From an uncultured beta proteobacterium (GTDB taxonomy: Bacteria; Pseudomonadota; Gammaproteobacteria; Burkholderiales; Burkholderiaceae): 64,000 bases of DNA. Positions 61,350-64,000 of this stretch are shown here, in pieces. Both the position numbers and the translations under genes were made by a program. Each line of letters begins with the position of its first letter. The first letter of the stretch is position 1. The notes beneath the pieces are model-generated. The model worked only from the letters and a program-made list of their open reading frames with translations. It ran no database searches and was not told the origin of the DNA. Location of the stretch: NCBI GenBank assembly GCA_963738755.1, contig CAVTXZ010000011.1, positions 39,841 through 103,840 on the forward strand, written 5' to 3'.

Positions 61350-61453
61350 GGCATTGATAGCTTCGGCGTATGAAAGGGATCCGTTCTTCGGAATTTACAG
61401 ATGCGAATGTAACGCCGAGACTGCAAACTCCGCAACGCATCTGGTAAAAGACC

Positions 61454-62122
61454 ATGACGACCCATTCCCTGCTCGACCGGCTTGCCTCGCTGGATTCCAA
61501 CACGGTTTCCGATGCGCTAGATTTTCTCGGTCTGCCCGGCGCCACCTTCGGCATCCGGCCGCTTTGGGACTGCCCGCGCATCGTCGGACGCGCGAGCACG
61601 ATTCAGCTCGGCGCCAAGACCGATGCGACGCCAACGGTTCATCTCATCACCCCCGTGATCGACGAAATTCGCGCGGACGACCGCGTGCTCGTCATTGCGG
61701 GCGGCCTCGAAGGCATTTCGTGCTGGGGCGACATCATCGCCAACGCGGCGACGGCCAAAAAGATTCGCGGCTCGGTGATCGACGGATGCAGCCGCGATAT
61801 CGAAGGCAGCGAGTCGATCGGCTATCCGGTGTTCGGGCGCGGCATCACGATGATCAGCGCACGCAATCGCGTGGCGCAGATCAGTTCCGGCAAGCCCGTG
61901 ACGTTCGCGGGCGTCGTCGTGCATGAAGACGACTATGTGGTCGCGGATCGCTGTGGCACGGTGTTCGTGCCTGCCGCACGCGTCGAGGAAGTCGTCGATC
62001 TTGGTGAACGCATCGCAAAACGTCAGGACGGCATGGTGAAGGCCGTTCGCGCGGGCCGCTCCGTTGCGCAAGTCATGCACGACAAGGAATTCGATGCCAT
62101 CTACGTCAAGGAAGCCAAATGA
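61454..62122 (+). CDS. RraA family protein / putative HMG-CHA aldolase
   Basis: DSNTVSDALD, WGD-X20-RD and DYVVADRCGTVFVP. Confidence 0.9.
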   Translation: MTTHSLLDRLASLDSNTVSDALDFLGLPGATFGIRPLWDCPRIVGRASTIQLGAKTDATPTVHLITPVIDEIRADDRVLVIAGGLEGISCWGDIIANAATAKKIRGSVIDGCSRDIEGSESIGYPVFGRGITMISARNRVAQISSGKPVTFAGVVVHEDDYVVADRCGTVFVPAARVEEVVDLGERIAKRQDGMVKAVRAGRSVAQVMHDKEFDAIYVKEAK

Positions 62123-62781
62123 GCGCTGCGGACAAGGAACTCGTCGCCCTTTTTGAAGGACTGGACACGCCCGGGGTCTCCGATGCGATGGACAAGCTCG
62201 GCCTGCCCGGTCAATGTCTCGGGATCGCCGCACTGGACGACTATCGGAAAACTGTTATTGGACCGGCCTTCACGGTCAAGTATGTGAGCGCGAGCACGCC
62301 GCCGGGCAGCGTCGGCGATTTCATCGACGATGTCGCGGAAGGCGATGTGATCGTCATCGACAACGATGGCCGAACGGACTGCACTGTCTGGGGCGACATC
62401 ATGACCCAGTATGCAGGCGCACGCAAAATCGCGGCGACCGTGATCGACGGCGTATGCCGCGATGTGGCCAAAGCGCTCGACGATGGCTATCCCATGTTCA
62501 GCCGCGGACGCTTCATGCGAACCGGCAAGGATCGCGTGCAAGTGGAGTCGATCAATGCGCCCGTTTCGATCGGCACGGCGCGCGTGAGCGCGCGCGACAT
62601 CGTCGTCGCGGATGCGAACGGCGTCGTCGTCGTGCCGCGCGAGCGCGCACGTGAAGTTGCCGCGCTCGCGCGCAAGATCGAAGAAACAGAATCACAGATC
62701 CGCGCGCGTATTGCGGATGGCGTGACGCTAGGCGAAGCGCGTGCGGCGCTCGGCTATCACATGTTGCAGAGGAAATCGTGA
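62119..62781 (+). CDS. RraA family protein / putative HMG-CHA aldolase
   Basis: DTPGVSDAMD, GPAFTV, WGD-X20-RD and DIVVADANGVVVVP; ATGA overlap with the previous gene. Confidence 0.9.
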   Translation: MSAADKELVALFEGLDTPGVSDAMDKLGLPGQCLGIAALDDYRKTVIGPAFTVKYVSASTPPGSVGDFIDDVAEGDVIVIDNDGRTDCTVWGDIMTQYAGARKIAATVIDGVCRDVAKALDDGYPMFSRGRFMRTGKDRVQVESINAPVSIGTARVSARDIVVADANGVVVVPRERAREVAALARKIEETESQIRARIADGVTLGEARAALGYHMLQRKS

Positions 62782-64000
62782 TGGATCAATCTGCTCATCG
62801 GCTCAATGTGAATCTCGCGCGTGCGCAGCCTTCGGCAACCTATCGGATGATGGATCGCGCCGCGGCGCGGCGCGCGAGCGGTGCGAGCGTCATCTCGCTG
62901 AGCGCAGGCGAACCGGACTTCGATACGCCCGGGCATGTTCGGGAAGCTGCAATCGAAGCAATCCGCGCCGGGCATACGCGCTACACCCAAGTCGCCGGCA
63001 TGCGCAGCCTGCGCGAAGCTGTTGCTGCGAAGTTCCAGCGCGAGAATGAACTGGACGTCGGCTGGCAGGACACCATCGTGTGCAGCGGCGGCAAGCAGGT
63101 CATCTACAACGCGCTAGCCGCAACGCTCAACGAGGGCGACGAGGTCATCGTGCCCGCGCCGTACTGGGTGAGTTACCCGGAGATGGTCGCTCTTTGCGGC
63201 GCTCGCGCCGTCGTCGTGCCCTGCGGCAGCGAGAGCGGATTCAAACTGACACCGCACGGGCTTCTGAAAGCGATCGGCCCACGCACGCGGTGGGTCATCC
63301 TCAATTCGCCGTCGAATCCGACCGGCGCCGTCTATACGCGCGACGAACTGGCCGCCCTGGCAGACGTATTACTCGCGCATCCGCATGTCCTCGTGCTTTC
63401 GGACGATATCTATGAACATCTGATTTTCGATGGCGTGCCTTTCTTCACGATCGCTCAAGTCGAGCCTCGGCTCGCGGCACGCACGCTGACGATGAATGGC
63501 GTCTCCAAAGCCTACGCGATGACGGGTTGGCGCATCGGCTACGGAACCGGTCCGCGCTGGCTGCTCGATGCGATGGAAAAGCTGCAGGGTCAGCAGACCT
63601 CGGGCGCGAGTTCGGTCTCGCAACACGCCGCGCTTGCCGCACTGACCGGTCCGCAGGACTTCATCTCCGAATCGCGAATGGTGTTCGAACGCCGACGCAA
63701 CCTTGTGGTCGACCTGATCAATGCCGCGCCCGGATTGAGCGTGCCCGATACCAGGCGGTGCTTTCTACGCATTTGCGTCATGTTCGGCTCTGATCGGCCT
63801 GACCACCGCAGGCGGCATCACGCTGCGCAGCGACGAGGATATTGCGGCAGCCCTACTTGACGAAGCGGGCGTAGCGGTAGTTCATGGCAGTGCGTTTGGG
63901 CTCGGTCCATACATCCGGATCGCGTATGCGCTCGACGACGCCGCGCTGACCGATGCATGCCGCGCGATAGGAACGTTCTGCGCATCACTTTCAGGCGGAG
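62778..64000 (+). CDS. Aspartate aminotransferase subgroup Ib; +1 frameshift near 63742; runs off the window end
   Basis: GEPDF, GGKQ, NSPSNPTG and SKAYAMTGWRIGY; the shifted frame continues GAFY...GVAVVHGSAFGLGPYIRIAYA. Confidence 0.9.

Noticed and set aside
59589-62781. Annotation of RraA proteins as MenG methyltransferases or RNase E regulators
   Set aside because: The MenG label is a known misannotation of this family; ~220-aa length, metal motif and metabolic context favour aldolase-type enzymes.
1-64000. tRNA, rRNA, CRISPR array, IS, integrase or prophage
   Set aside because: None recognised by eye; a covariance-model search would be needed to exclude small RNAs.

Overview
GC-rich betaproteobacterial DNA, most likely an accessory region of a Burkholderiaceae (Paraburkholderia-like) genome, judged from DUF4148 proteins, 'AQSSVTLYG' porins and an and-type anthranilate dioxygenase. 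In order, the window holds: an RND efflux operon; a Crp regulator with a class II aldolase and a ketopantoate-reductase-like gene; a deletion scar joining two truncated divergent genes; a lower-GC block (LysR, GltIJKL-like ABC importer, aminotransferase, SDR, RraA/HMG-aldolase, porin; then LysR, flavin reductase and two CDGSH [2Fe-2S] proteins); andAcAdAbAa with andR; a cupin and an MFS transporter; a MalT-like regulator converging on a class II PHA operon (acyl-CoA ligase, phaJ, phaC, phasin, phaZ, DUF445); a Crp regulator and porin; a SWIM-SNF2 ATPase; DeoR with a GcvT-family flavoprotein; an ECF sigma locus with two anti-sigma factors, a catalase-related peroxidase and cytochrome b; AraC/NmrA; and a second Glt-ABC + LysR + three RraA + aminotransferase module. 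I found no rRNA, tRNA, CRISPR array, IS or integrase. Many frameshifts (dense at ~29.8-38.1 kb, plus isolated +1 insertions elsewhere) look like long-read errors. Best candidates for undescribed biology: (1) the twice-occurring importer + aminotransferase + HMG-aldolase module, a putative catabolic route for 4-hydroxy-substituted glutamates; (2) a flavin reductase linked to tandem NEET-like CDGSH proteins; (3) an ECF regulon with five near-identical promoter motifs and two anti-sigma factors. All family calls come from motif recognition, not database searches.
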